Assembly (NCBI GenBank): GCA_947651395.1
Contig: CANSYW010000010.1
Span: forward strand, 3,182 to 67,181
DNA length: 64,000 nucleotides
Source: an uncultured Pseudoflavonifractor sp.
GTDB lineage: Bacteria; Bacillota; Clostridia; Oscillospirales; Oscillospiraceae
Reading direction: 5' to 3'
How positions within the stretch are numbered: the first letter of the stretch is position 1; every line of letters begins with the position of its first letter. The position numbers and the translations under genes are program-made. The notes under the pieces are model-generated. The model had not been told where the DNA came from. It saw nothing but the letters and a program-made list of their open reading frames with translations, and ran no database searches. Shown here piece by piece: positions 1-9,868 of this stretch.

Positions 1-1
1 C

Positions 2-385
2 GACGGCACCTACTGCTATTGCACCCTGGACGGCGACAAGCCCTTTTTTGACTATCTGACTTACGCCGCCCGGACTCAGGACCGGGCCAGGGCCCGGGGC
101 TCCATCCAGGAGAGCGAGGAAGAGGCCCTGAGCCTGCTCTTTCTCTCCACGCTCCCCTGGCTGTCCTACACCGCCCTGGTTCAGCCCGTCCCCTCCCCCT
201 CCGACAGCAACCCACGCATTACCTGGGGCAAATATACCGCCTCTGAGGGACGGCTTCTGCTTCCCGTCTCCATCCTCTGCCACCACGCCCTGGTAGACGG
301 AAGTCACATCGCCGCCTTTTACGCCGCTCTGGAACAGCGTGTGAAGGCCGCGGTCACACTCATTCAAGGAGGAACTCCCCTGTGA
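2..385 (+). CDS. cat: CatA-like (type A chloramphenicol acetyltransferase family) O-acetyltransferase, 5'-truncated by window edge
   Basis: Hand translation of frame 2: ...LSTLPWLSYTALVQP...PRITWGKY...LLLPVSILCHHALVDGSHIAAF...*; HHALVDGSH matches the CAT catalytic motif HHAxxDGxH. TGA stop overlaps the rimM GTG. Confidence 0.85.
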   Translation, partial: DGTYCYCTLDGDKPFFDYLTYAARTQDRARARGSIQESEEEALSLLFLSTLPWLSYTALVQPVPSPSDSNPRITWGKYTASEGRLLLPVSILCHHALVDGSHIAAFYAALEQRVKAAVTLIQGGTPL

Positions 386-879
386 AAAACCAATTCTTAG
401 AGGCTGGACAGATCGTCAACACCCACGGCATCCGGGGCGAGCTGAAGATCATGCCCTGGGCGGACTCTCCGGAGTTCCTGTGCGGCTTTGACACCCTCTA
501 TATGGAGGGCAGGCCCGTAAAGGTTCTGTCCGCCCGCCCTCACAAGACCATGGTACTGGCCACTCTGGAGGGGGTGGATACGGTGGAGAAGGCCATGAAG
601 CTCAAGGGAAAGATCCTCTCCATCGACCGCACTGACGTGGAGCTGCCCGATGGCCGCCATTTCCTGGCCGACTTGATGGGGCTCAGGGTGCTCAACGCCG
701 CCGACGGCGCCGAGCTGGGGATCATTGCCGACATCCTCACCCCCCCTGCCCACGAGGTCTATGTGGTGCGGGGCAGCGGCAAGGAATATATGATCCCCGC
801 CGTGGACGCCTTTCTGGCCGAGACCAATGTGGAGGGCGGCTATATCAAGGTCAACCTTATCGAAGGGATGGAGAGCTGA
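382..879 (+). CDS. rimM: 16S rRNA processing protein RimM
   Basis: GQIVNTHGIRGELKI N-terminal motif, PRC-barrel C-terminus, directly upstream of trmD. Confidence 0.97.
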   Translation: MKNQFLEAGQIVNTHGIRGELKIMPWADSPEFLCGFDTLYMEGRPVKVLSARPHKTMVLATLEGVDTVEKAMKLKGKILSIDRTDVELPDGRHFLADLMGLRVLNAADGAELGIIADILTPPAHEVYVVRGSGKEYMIPAVDAFLAETNVEGGYIKVNLIEGMES

Positions 880-1637
880 TGTATCGCATCGACATACTGA
901 CCCTGTTTGACATGACGGTGGGCGATGTGCTCTCTGAGTCCATCCTGGGCCGGGCCCAGGAGCGGGATTACCTGAAGATCGAGACCCACCAGATCCGGGA
1001 CTACACCCTCAACAAGCAAAAGCAGGTGGACGACTATCCCTACGGCGGCGGCCGGGGAGCGGTGATGCAGTCCGACCCCCTCTATCAGTGCTGGAAGCAT
1101 GTGGTGGATACCTTCGGCCCCGGCCACACCATCTACTTCTCCCCCGCCGGAATCACCTTCACCCAGGCCCACGCCAAGCGCCTGGCGGCGGACTTTGATC
1201 ACCTGATCCTGGTCTGCGGCCACTACGAGGGCATCGACGAGCGGTTCATTGAGGAGTGCGTGGATGAGGAGATCTCCCTGGGGGACTTCGTCCTCACCGG
1301 CGGCGAGATCCCCGCCATGGCGGTGGCCGACGCGGTGTCCCGCCTGGTCCCCGGCGTGCTCCCCGACCCGGAATGCTTTGAAAATGAGAGTCACTGGAAC
1401 GGACTGCTGGAATACCCCCAATATTCCCGTCCTGAGGAGTGGCACGGAAAGAAAGTCCCCTCCATCCTCCTCTCGGGCAACCACGCCTTTGTGGCCAAGT
1501 GGCGGCGCAAGCAGGCCATCCTGCGCACCAAGCGCCGCCGCCCCGACATGTACGCCAAGCTGGATCTCTCCGCCAAGGCCGACCAAAAGCTGCTGGCTGA
1601 GCTCCGGGAGGAATATCCCACGGACTTCCCCGATTGA
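879..1637 (+). CDS. trmD: tRNA (guanine37-N1)-methyltransferase
   Basis: DDYPYGGG, CGHYEGIDER, SLGDFVLTGGE, LLEYPQYSRP, LLSGNH motifs. Confidence 0.98.
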   Translation: MYRIDILTLFDMTVGDVLSESILGRAQERDYLKIETHQIRDYTLNKQKQVDDYPYGGGRGAVMQSDPLYQCWKHVVDTFGPGHTIYFSPAGITFTQAHAKRLAADFDHLILVCGHYEGIDERFIEECVDEEISLGDFVLTGGEIPAMAVADAVSRLVPGVLPDPECFENESHWNGLLEYPQYSRPEEWHGKKVPSILLSGNHAFVAKWRRKQAILRTKRRRPDMYAKLDLSAKADQKLLAELREEYPTDFPD

Positions 1638-1658
1638 ACACCCCCTTCCCCGCCGTGA

Positions 1659-1703
1659 AAAACGCCCGGCCCGGCAAACTTTGCCGGGTCGGGCGAGGTT
1701 TTT
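1659..1703 (+). terminator. Intrinsic terminator after trmD
   Basis: cgcccggcccggcaaa / ttgccgggtcgggcg stem followed by T-run. Confidence 0.75.
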
Positions 1704-1775
1704 CCCTTTACTTTTTCCATGTTCTGTGTTATAATTCAAATATGATTTTCAATATTAGATTCGGAGATTTGGCCT

Positions 1776-2615
1776 ATGAGCTTTAAGATCATTGTGGACA
1801 GCTGCTGCGATCTCACCGCCTCCCAGCTCCATCAGGGGCCCTTCCTGCGGGTACCCTTGACCGTCTCTCTGGCGGGAGAAGACATCGTGGACGACCATAC
1901 CTTTGACCAGACTCATCTGCTCCTGCTCATGCGGGAAAACAGCGAGCCTCCCAAGACCGCCTGCCCCTCCCCCGCCCAGTATCTGGACGCCTTTGAGGCC
2001 GCCCAGGCGGACGATCTTTATGTGGTCACCCTCTCCGCCCTCCTCTCCGGCTCCCACAATTCCGCCGCCCAGGCCCGGGCCATCTGGCTGGAGGAGCATC
2101 CCCGGAGCAACGTCCACATCTTCAACTCCTGCTCTGCCGCTGCGGGAGAGGTCTGTGTGGCCCTGAAGCTTCTGGAGCTGGCCGGATCGGGTCGGGACTT
2201 CCAGACCGTGGTGGGAGAGACCTCCAAATTCATCTCCGCCATGACCACCTACTTTGTACTGGAAAATCTGGATCACCTGCGCAAAAACGGGCGACTCACC
2301 GGCGCCCTGTCCCTCGTGACCGAGGCGCTGCGCATCAAGCTTCTCATGGGGGCCACCCCCGAGGGGCAGATCAAAAAGGTGGGCCAGGCCCTGTCGGTGA
2401 AGCAGGCCCTCAGCCGCATGGTGGCCCTGATGGCGGCGGATCCGGGGCACGTGGGCAAGACCCTCTCCATTGTCCACTGCAACAATTCGGAACGGGCCTT
2501 CTATGTACTGGAGCTGGTGAAAAAGTCCTGTCACTTCAAGGACATCCTGGTCTCCGACGCCCGGGGCGTCACCACAGTCTACGCCAACGACGGCGGTGTG
2601 GTGGTGGCCTACTGA
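1776..2615 (+). CDS. DegV family fatty-acid-binding protein
   Basis: KIIVDSCCDL, PKTACPSP, LSALLSGSHNSA, LENLDHLRKNGRL motifs. Confidence 0.93.
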   Translation: MSFKIIVDSCCDLTASQLHQGPFLRVPLTVSLAGEDIVDDHTFDQTHLLLLMRENSEPPKTACPSPAQYLDAFEAAQADDLYVVTLSALLSGSHNSAAQARAIWLEEHPRSNVHIFNSCSAAAGEVCVALKLLELAGSGRDFQTVVGETSKFISAMTTYFVLENLDHLRKNGRLTGALSLVTEALRIKLLMGATPEGQIKKVGQALSVKQALSRMVALMAADPGHVGKTLSIVHCNNSERAFYVLELVKKSCHFKDILVSDARGVTTVYANDGGVVVAY

Positions 2616-2665
2616 CTCCCCAAAGGTCCTCTTCTCCCGGAAGACGGCCCCTGTCTCCTCCCAAC

Positions 2666-2712
2666 AAAAAAGCTCCCCGCAGGTCATCTGAATGACCTGT
2701 GGGGAGCTTTTT
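2666..2712. terminator. Bidirectional terminator between degV and rnfB
   Basis: aaaaagctccccgcaggtcat-ctga-atgacctgtggggagcttttt. Confidence 0.85.
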
Positions 2713-2720
2713 GTCTGTTC

Positions 2721-3662
2721 TTACTCCGCCTTGGGCGCCTCGTCGGCGGGGGCGGCAGGAGCCGTCTCCTCAGCCTTTGGCGCCTCAGCGGGAGCCTCCT
2801 CAGCCTTGGGGGCCTCGGCGGCGGGAGCCGCGGGCTTGGGGGTGGGCGCGGGCTTCTTCTCCGGCACCACGCCGTCCACGGTGATCAGGCCGCGGGGGCA
2901 CTTTTGAGCGCAAATGCCGCAGCCGATACACTTGTCATAGTCGATCTTAGCCAGGAAGTTGTCCATGGTGATGGCCTCCTTGGGACAGGCCTTGGCACAC
3001 AGAGAACAACCGATACAGCCGTTGGAACACACCTTGGTGACCACAGGGCCCTTGGCGTGGGAGGAGCAGGGAATGGACACGTGCCTCTTGGTCTTGTAGG
3101 GCTCCAGGGCGATGATGTGCCGGGGGCAGGCATCCACGCACTTGGAGCAGGCCTTACACTTGTCCTCGTCCACCACGGCCACACCGTCCTTCACATGGAT
3201 GGCATCAAAGGGGCAGACCTTCTCACAGGTGCCCATGCCCAGGCAGCCATAGTCACAGCTCAGAGGGCCGCCGCCGGGGAGCCGGGAGGCCGCCAGACAG
3301 TCGTTCACGCCCACATAGTTGTACTTGGTGTGGTCCGCGCCGCAGCCGGTGCAGTGGACCACGGCGATCTGCTTCACCGTATCGCCGGCGGACACGCCCA
3401 TGATCTCCGCGATCTGGTTGGCCACGGCCTCACCGCCGGCGGCACAGGCGTTGACGGAAGCGGTCCCCGCCACCACGGCGGCAGCGTAGCCGGCGCAGCC
3501 GGGGTAGCCGCAGCCACCGCAGTTGGCGCCGGGCAGGCACCCGGCGATGGCCTCCTCCCGGGGATCCTTCTCCACGGCGAAGACCTTAGCGGCAAAGGCC
3601 AGGATGGCGCCAAAGGCCGCGCCCATCACCAGCAGTACCGCTACAGCATAAATAATAGTCAT
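2721..3662 (-). CDS. rnfB: Rnf complex subunit B (polyferredoxin) with Ala/Pro/Glu-rich tail
   Basis: LPGANCGGCGYPGC and several CxxCxxCxxxCP motifs; last gene of rnfCDGEAB. Confidence 0.95.
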   Translation of the reverse strand: MTIIYAVAVLLVMGAAFGAILAFAAKVFAVEKDPREEAIAGCLPGANCGGCGYPGCAGYAAAVVAGTASVNACAAGGEAVANQIAEIMGVSAGDTVKQIAVVHCTGCGADHTKYNYVGVNDCLAASRLPGGGPLSCDYGCLGMGTCEKVCPFDAIHVKDGVAVVDEDKCKACSKCVDACPRHIIALEPYKTKRHVSIPCSSHAKGPVVTKVCSNGCIGCSLCAKACPKEAITMDNFLAKIDYDKCIGCGICAQKCPRGLITVDGVVPEKKPAPTPKPAAPAAEAPKAEEAPAEAPKAEETAPAAPADEAPKAE

Positions 3663-3675
3663 TGATTTTTCCCCC

Positions 3676-4266
3676 TTAACCGAAGAGCTTCAGGCCGGAG
3701 AAACCGCCAAAGCTCAGCGCCAGCAGACCGGCGGTGACCAGGGCGATGGGGAAGCCCTCAAACGCCTTGGGGCACTCGGAATACTCCAGCTTCTCCCGCA
3801 CGGCGGCAAAGAGATAGATGGCCAGCAGGAAACCCAGACCGCCGGTGATGCCGTAGGCCACGCTCTCAATAAAGGTATAGGTGTTCTGGGTGTTCTGCAG
3901 CACCACGCCCAGCACCGCGCAGTTGGTGGTGATGAGGGGCAGATACACGCCCAAAGCGGTGTAGAGAGAGGGCATGGACTTCTGAAGGAACATCTCGATG
4001 AACTGCACCAGAGAGGCGATGACCAGAATGTAGACGATGGTCTGCATGAATACCAGGTCCGCCGGCTCCAGGATGAAGTGGTTGATGGGCCAGCACACGG
4101 CGGAGGCCAGTCCCATAACGAAGGTCACGGCCAGACCCATGCCCGAGGCGGTGTCCGTGGACTTGGACACGCCCATAAAGGGGCAGATGCCCAGGAATTG
4201 AGAGAAGATAAAGTTGTTGATGAGGATGGCCCCAAGGGCGATCGTCACAAGATTCTGCCAGTTCAT
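3676..4266 (-). CDS. rnfA: Rnf complex subunit A
   Basis: FLGICPFMGVS, LPLITTNCAVLG. Confidence 0.96.
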   Translation of the reverse strand: MNWQNLVTIALGAILINNFIFSQFLGICPFMGVSKSTDTASGMGLAVTFVMGLASAVCWPINHFILEPADLVFMQTIVYILVIASLVQFIEMFLQKSMPSLYTALGVYLPLITTNCAVLGVVLQNTQNTYTFIESVAYGITGGLGFLLAIYLFAAVREKLEYSECPKAFEGFPIALVTAGLLALSFGGFSGLKLFG

Positions 4267-4913
4267 TACTTGGCCACCTCCTCTTTCTTTTCAGCCTTCT
4301 TGGGCTTGTTCAGGAAATACTGCATGGCCGCGATCACCGCCGCCAAGGTCAGGAAGCCGCCCACAGGACGGGCCATACCGGCCATGGCAAAATGCTCAGG
4401 GAACAGGGTGATGCCCTTACCCCCTTCGCCCAGCAGTCCGCCGCCAAAGGTGCCGCTGCCCAGGAATTCACGGATCACACACATAACCACAAGGATCCAT
4501 GTGTAGCCCAGCCCCTGGAACACACCGTCCAGCGCGGAAGCGCCGATACCGTTCTTAGAGGCGAAGGACTCAGCACGGCCCAGAATGATGCAGTTGACCA
4601 CGATCAGAGGAATAAACACGCCCAGACTGGCGGAGAGCTCCTTCAGATAGGCCTTCAGGAACAGATCCACCACGGTGACGAAGGTGGCGATGACCACGAT
4701 GAAGCAGGCGATCCGGATCTTGTTGGGGATGATCTTCCGCAGCGCGGCGATAAAGATATTGGAGAGGGTCAGGATCACCAGCACTGAAATGCCCATGCCA
4801 ATGCCGTTAAAAAGGCTGGTGGTAATGGCCAGCACCGAGCACATACCCAGGAGCTGGACCGTGACCGGGTTCTGGGTGAGCAAACCCTCTTTGAGCTGCT
4901 GTTTTACATTCAT
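4266..4913 (-). CDS. rnfE: Rnf complex subunit E
   Basis: NPVTVQLLGMCSVLAIT, PLIVVNCIILGRAE. Confidence 0.96.
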   Translation of the reverse strand: MNVKQQLKEGLLTQNPVTVQLLGMCSVLAITTSLFNGIGMGISVLVILTLSNIFIAALRKIIPNKIRIACFIVVIATFVTVVDLFLKAYLKELSASLGVFIPLIVVNCIILGRAESFASKNGIGASALDGVFQGLGYTWILVVMCVIREFLGSGTFGGGLLGEGGKGITLFPEHFAMAGMARPVGGFLTLAAVIAAMQYFLNKPKKAEKKEEVAK

Positions 4914-4925
4914 GTCACTGCCTCC

Positions 4926-5507
4926 TTAATTCAGCTCGGCCACAGCGGCCAGAGCGGCGGTGACGCCGGTGGAAACGCCGCGGGAGGTGATGGTGGCGCC
5001 GGAGATGGAGGTGATCTCGCCGCCATCCTTGTCCACCTTTACCTCACCGGACTTGCCTACATACTGAGCTCTCCAGGAGGCGTCCTCCTTGGCAATGGCG
5101 CCCAGGCCGGAGGTCTCGGCGCTTTCCAGGACCTCCACACCGGAGACAGTACCATCAGAATTGACGCCCACCATAATGGACAGAGTGCCGGAGAAGGAAT
5201 TGGCCGCGCAGTTGACCTCAAGCACATAGCCGGCATCCCCGGCTTTATAGGCGGAGAGGATGTTGGTGTCGGCACCGGTATAGCTGACCTCGTCATAGTC
5301 GTCGGCGGCCAGCACCAGCTTCATGGCTCCCATCTTCTCGCCCATCTGATTCATCTTGATCTGGTCGGCGGTGAGGGAATATACACCGCCCAGCACCAGG
5401 GCGCAGACGGCGCAGATGGCGCCCAGAGTGACGGTCAGCTTGCCCATGGAGGAGTCACTGTCCTTCTTGGGATGGCTCCTGGGCCTCTTGGCAACAGCTT
5501 CGCTCAT
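4926..5507 (-). CDS. rnfG: Rnf complex subunit G (FMN-binding)
   Basis: ETSGLG and SGATITS flavinylation motif, N-terminal TM helix. Confidence 0.93.
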   Translation of the reverse strand: MSEAVAKRPRSHPKKDSDSSMGKLTVTLGAICAVCALVLGGVYSLTADQIKMNQMGEKMGAMKLVLAADDYDEVSYTGADTNILSAYKAGDAGYVLEVNCAANSFSGTLSIMVGVNSDGTVSGVEVLESAETSGLGAIAKEDASWRAQYVGKSGEVKVDKDGGEITSISGATITSRGVSTGVTAALAAVAELN

Positions 5508-6565
5508 GCCTTCGCCCCTCCTTTCTTGGCGGCTTTGGCGGCCTTGCGATCTGCCTTGGTCACGCCGAAGCGGCTGGGATGTGTATACTTCTCAATGATG
5601 GGCGTGCAGATATTCATCAGCAGGATGGCGTAGCTGACGCCCTCGGGATAGCCGCCGAAGTAGCGGATGAAGAAGGTCAGCAGGCCGCAGCCCAGGCCGA
5701 AAATGATCTCACCCTTGGGGGTGCAGGGGCTGGTGACATAGTCGGTGGCCATAAAGATGGCGCCCAGCAGCAGGCCGCCGCCGAAGATCTGCGCGAGCAT
5801 CCACTCAAAGTTGGGGTTGCCCTTGGTAAAAATCAGGCTCAGCACCGCCATGGTGGCGATGTAGGCGCCGGGAATGCGGATATGGATCACACCGCGCCAC
5901 AGCAGATACACGCCGCCGGCCAGCAGGGCGATGGCGGAGACCTCACCGATACAGCCGGGCACAGTGCCCAGGAACAGATCCTTCAGGGTCCCGCCGGACT
6001 CACCCAGCCAGGGCAGAACGGCAGCCGCCGTGGTGGAACCGTGCATGGTGCCCATGGGGGTGGCGCAGGAGACGGCGTCGGCCACCTTGTCGGTGATGCC
6101 CACCCAGTTGGCCGGACCGGGCTTGGCCCAGGTGGTCATGAGGCCGGGATAGGAGAGCATCAGGAAGGCACGACCCGCCAGAGCGGGGTTCAGGAAGTTC
6201 TTCCCCAGGCCGCCGAACAGCTGCTTGACCACAAACATGGCAAAGAAGTCGCCGATAAGGATGCACCAGTAAGGCAGCCAGACCGGGCACACAAAGGCCA
6301 GCAACACGCCGGTGACGGCGGCGGACAGATCCCCGCCGGTCTGGGGCTTCTTCAGCAGGAGCCGGTAGAGCCACTCAAAGACCTCACAGCCCACCACGCT
6401 GACGGCGGTGAGCACCAGGGCCCGGGGTCCAAACACGAACACGGCCACGCACAGGGCGGGCACCAGGGCGATGAGCACATCCAGCATCAGGGAGCGGGTG
6501 TTCACCGGGGAGCTCACATGGGGCGAGGAAGCGACTGTCAGCTTCAGTTCTTTATTCTCATTCAT
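5504..6565 (-). CDS. rnfD: Rnf complex subunit D
   Basis: SSPH, KQLFGGLGKNFLNPA, SCATP FMN-Thr site, FMATDYVTSP. Confidence 0.96.
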   Translation of the reverse strand: MNENKELKLTVASSPHVSSPVNTRSLMLDVLIALVPALCVAVFVFGPRALVLTAVSVVGCEVFEWLYRLLLKKPQTGGDLSAAVTGVLLAFVCPVWLPYWCILIGDFFAMFVVKQLFGGLGKNFLNPALAGRAFLMLSYPGLMTTWAKPGPANWVGITDKVADAVSCATPMGTMHGSTTAAAVLPWLGESGGTLKDLFLGTVPGCIGEVSAIALLAGGVYLLWRGVIHIRIPGAYIATMAVLSLIFTKGNPNFEWMLAQIFGGGLLLGAIFMATDYVTSPCTPKGEIIFGLGCGLLTFFIRYFGGYPEGVSYAILLMNICTPIIEKYTHPSRFGVTKADRKAAKAAKKGGAKA

Positions 6566-7920
6566 GCGTTAGTCGCCTCCTTTTTGGCCTCAGCGGCGGC
6601 GCGGGTCTTGGCCTGCTCGTCGCGGATGGCGAATTTCGCGGTACGGAAGGACTGGACCAGGGGCAGACGGGCCGGGCAAATGTAGTTGCAGGAGCCGCAC
6701 TCAATGCAGTCCATCACCCGGAGCTCCTCCACCTCAGACCACAGCCGCTTGTTGACCCGCATACGCATAAACAGCGGGGTCAGGCGCATGGGACAGGCGT
6801 CCACGCACTTGCCGCAGCGGATACAGGTCTGGGCAGGATCCTGCTCGGCCGCCTCGTCCTTGGTCAGGGCCAGGATGCAGTTGGTGGACTTCATCATGGG
6901 CACGTCCAGATCATAGATGGGGTTGCCCATCATGGGGCCGCCGTAGAGCAGCCGATCGGGATCCGCCTTGAAGCCGCCGGCCATCTTGATGAGATGGCTG
7001 ACGGGGGTGCCCACAGGAGCCATGACGTTCATGGGCTCAGCCATGGCGCCGCCGGTAAGGGTGACGCCGCGGCGGGTCAGGGGCTTGCCCTCGGTGACCG
7101 CGTCGTAGACGGCGGCGGCGGTGGCCACATTGCACACCACGCACTGCACGTCGGCGGGCAGCTTGCCGGGAGGCACCTGACGGCCGGTGATCATCTGGAT
7201 GAGCTGCTTTTCAGCGCCCTGGGGATAGCGGGTCTTCAGGCCCTCGATGTGCACATCGCCGGCCTGACCCACCAGAGCCTTCAGATGCTCAATGGCGTCG
7301 GGCTTGTTGAGCTCGATACCGATGGTGGCCTCTTTCAGCCCCACCGCTCTGGCAATGAGCCGGGCGCCGCCGATGACGGCCTCCCCCCGCTCCAGCATGA
7401 GCCGGTGATCGGAGGTGATGTAGGGCTCACACTCCGCGCCGTTGAGGATCACGGTATCCACCTTGCCGACCGCGCCGGAGAGCTTGACGTGGGTGGGGAA
7501 GCCCGCGCCGCCCATACCGGTGATACCGGCGTTCTTCACGATCTCAATGATCTCCGCTCCGGTCAACGCTTCCACATTGTCCCGGCGCTTGATGGAGGGA
7601 TCGGGCGTGTCCTGGAGATCGTTCTCGATCACCACGGACATCATCATCCCACCGCCGCCGTAGGGCCTGGGCTCCACGGCCACGACCTTGCCGGACACAC
7701 TGGCATGGATAGGCGCGCCCAGACCGGTAGTCTCACCGATGAGCGTACCCACCTTCACCTCGTCCCCCACCGCCACTACGGGCTTGCAGGGCGCGCCCAC
7801 ATGCATGGTCATGGGGATAACCACCTGGGCAGGCGCCTCCGCCATAGGGGCGGTGGCCTTGTGCTCGGTCAGATCCTTGTGCTCGGCGGGATGTACCCCG
7901 CCGAAAAACTGATGCAACAT
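6562..7920 (-). CDS. rnfC: Rnf complex subunit C
   Basis: GGVHP, GMGGAGFPT, NGAECEPYITSD, GGPMMG, two 4Fe-4S motifs. Confidence 0.97.
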   Translation of the reverse strand: MLHQFFGGVHPAEHKDLTEHKATAPMAEAPAQVVIPMTMHVGAPCKPVVAVGDEVKVGTLIGETTGLGAPIHASVSGKVVAVEPRPYGGGGMMMSVVIENDLQDTPDPSIKRRDNVEALTGAEIIEIVKNAGITGMGGAGFPTHVKLSGAVGKVDTVILNGAECEPYITSDHRLMLERGEAVIGGARLIARAVGLKEATIGIELNKPDAIEHLKALVGQAGDVHIEGLKTRYPQGAEKQLIQMITGRQVPPGKLPADVQCVVCNVATAAAVYDAVTEGKPLTRRGVTLTGGAMAEPMNVMAPVGTPVSHLIKMAGGFKADPDRLLYGGPMMGNPIYDLDVPMMKSTNCILALTKDEAAEQDPAQTCIRCGKCVDACPMRLTPLFMRMRVNKRLWSEVEELRVMDCIECGSCNYICPARLPLVQSFRTAKFAIRDEQAKTRAAAEAKKEATNA

Positions 7921-8087
7921 AGCCTCACCTCAATTTTTTCGCTTTCTCTTCCCCAATGGTACTTTACATACGTTGTATATTATAGTGTAGAATCCATCAG
8001 AAGTCCAGCCCTAAACGCACAAAAATCCGGCGGTTTTTTCATTTCAGACTCCCGGTTTAGTTTTTGTCCTTTTCCCGGCGCTCTCAC

Positions 8088-8116
8088 TTGACAAATCCCC
8101 CTTCGGGAAGTATGAT
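8088..8116 (+). promoter_or_regulatory. SigA-type promoter of ilvBNC
   Basis: TTGACA-17-TATGAT upstream of AAGGAGG RBS. Confidence 0.8.
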
Positions 8117-8145
8117 ACCTTCATTCAACAAGGAGGATCACAGCC

Positions 8146-9855
8146 ATGAGAATGACCTGCGCGCAAATCATCATGGAATGCCTGCTGGAACAGGGCGTAG
8201 ACACCGTTTTCGGCTACCCCGGCGGCACCATCCTGAACGTATACGACGAGATGGAGCTCCACGGCTACAAGGATAAGATCCGCCACATCCTCACCGCCCA
8301 CGAGCAGGGCGCCTGCCACGCCGCCGACGGCTACGCCCGTTCCACCGGTAAGGTGGGCGTCTGCTTCTCCACCTCGGGCCCCGGCGCCACCAATCTGACC
8401 ACCGGCATCGCCACCGCCTACATGGACTCCTCCCCCGTGGTGTGCATCACCTGCAACGTCAGCGAGAATCTGATCGGCAAGGACTCCTTCCAGGAGGTGG
8501 ACATCACCGGCATCACCATGCCCATCACCAAGTGCAACTTCCTGGTGCGCTCTCCTGAGGAGCTGGCCGACGTGATCCGGGAGGCCTTTGCCATCGCCCG
8601 CTCCGGCCGGCCCGGGCCGGTGCTCATCGACATTCCCAAAAACATTACCGCCGCCGCCGTGGACTACGAGCCTTTGCCCGTGGAGCAGCACGCCGCCCAC
8701 GGCCGTCTGGCCGCCATGCTCCGCCGCTCCAGCCACGACCTGAAGACTCCGGAGCCCGACTTCGGGGATATCGACCGGCTGCTGGATATGATCGCCAAGG
8801 CCAAGCGTCCCCTGGTGCTGGTGGGCGGCGGCGTCATCCGTTCCAAAGGGGCGGTGCCCCAGTTCCGCAAGTTCGCGGAGACACTGAACGCCCCGGTTGC
8901 CTCCACCATCATGGGCGGCGGCGCTCTGCCCGGCGACCATCCCCTCTTCACCGGTATGATCGGCATGCACGGCTCCCACGCCTCCAACCTGGCCTCCGCG
9001 GAGTGCGACCTGCTCATCGCCATCGGCTGCCGGTTCTCCGACCGGGTGGCCACGGTGCCCGATGACTTTGCCAAGCAGGCCCAGATCGTCCAGATCGACA
9101 TTGACCGCTCCGAGATCGACAAGAACGTGAAGACCCACCACCACATCATCGGGGACGCCAGAAGGGTGCTCCAGCTGCTCAATGAAAAGCTCCCCGACCA
9201 CGACTATCCCCAGTGGAAGCAATGGGTCTTCTCCCACCCGGAGGTCCCGCTGAAAAAGGACGGGATCCTCCACCCCCACGAGATCCTGGAGACCATTCAG
9301 GCCCTCACCGACGGGGAGGCCATCATTGCCACCGACGTGGGACAGCACCAGATGTGGTCGGCCCAGTATTACCACTTCTCCCGTCCCGGCCAGCTGGTGA
9401 CCTCCGGCGGCTTCGGCACCATGGGCTTCGGCCTGGGGGCCGCCATCGGCGCCAAACTGGGCAACCCGGACAAGCCGGTGGTGCTCTGCACGGGAGACGG
9501 CTCCTTCCGTATGAACTGCAATGAGCTGGCCACCCTCTCCCACTACCGCATCCCGGTGATCATCGCCCTGTTTGATAACCACACCCTGGGCATGGTCCGC
9601 CAGTGGCAGCACCTGATCTACGGCGAGCGCTATTCCCAGACCGACCTGGACTACGCCCCCGACTTTGTCAAACTCTCTGAGGCCTACGGCATTCCCGGAG
9701 AGCGCTGTGTCAGCCAGGCCGAGCTGGAGAAGGCCATGGCCCGGGCGCTGGAGAGCAAGGGCCCCTATTTCCTCCAGTGCGACATCGACAAAGACGCCAT
9801 GGTACATCCCATGGTCTCGGCGGGGACCCCCGTCACGGAATTCCTATTGGATTGA
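8146..9855 (+). CDS. ilvB: Acetolactate synthase large subunit
   Basis: FGYPGG, HEQGA, TSGPGATN, TDVGQHQMW, GDGSF..N TPP motif. Confidence 0.98.
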   Translation: MRMTCAQIIMECLLEQGVDTVFGYPGGTILNVYDEMELHGYKDKIRHILTAHEQGACHAADGYARSTGKVGVCFSTSGPGATNLTTGIATAYMDSSPVVCITCNVSENLIGKDSFQEVDITGITMPITKCNFLVRSPEELADVIREAFAIARSGRPGPVLIDIPKNITAAAVDYEPLPVEQHAAHGRLAAMLRRSSHDLKTPEPDFGDIDRLLDMIAKAKRPLVLVGGGVIRSKGAVPQFRKFAETLNAPVASTIMGGGALPGDHPLFTGMIGMHGSHASNLASAECDLLIAIGCRFSDRVATVPDDFAKQAQIVQIDIDRSEIDKNVKTHHHIIGDARRVLQLLNEKLPDHDYPQWKQWVFSHPEVPLKKDGILHPHEILETIQALTDGEAIIATDVGQHQMWSAQYYHFSRPGQLVTSGGFGTMGFGLGAAIGAKLGNPDKPVVLCTGDGSFRMNCNELATLSHYRIPVIIALFDNHTLGMVRQWQHLIYGERYSQTDLDYAPDFVKLSEAYGIPGERCVSQAELEKAMARALESKGPYFLQCDIDKDAMVHPMVSAGTPVTEFLLD

Positions 9856-9868
9856 GGAGGTGGAGAAT

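Noticed and set aside
8030-8145. T-box or CodY control of ilvB
   Set aside because: The leader is about 25 nt with no T-box; only a partial TTTCAGA core for CodY, too weak to call.
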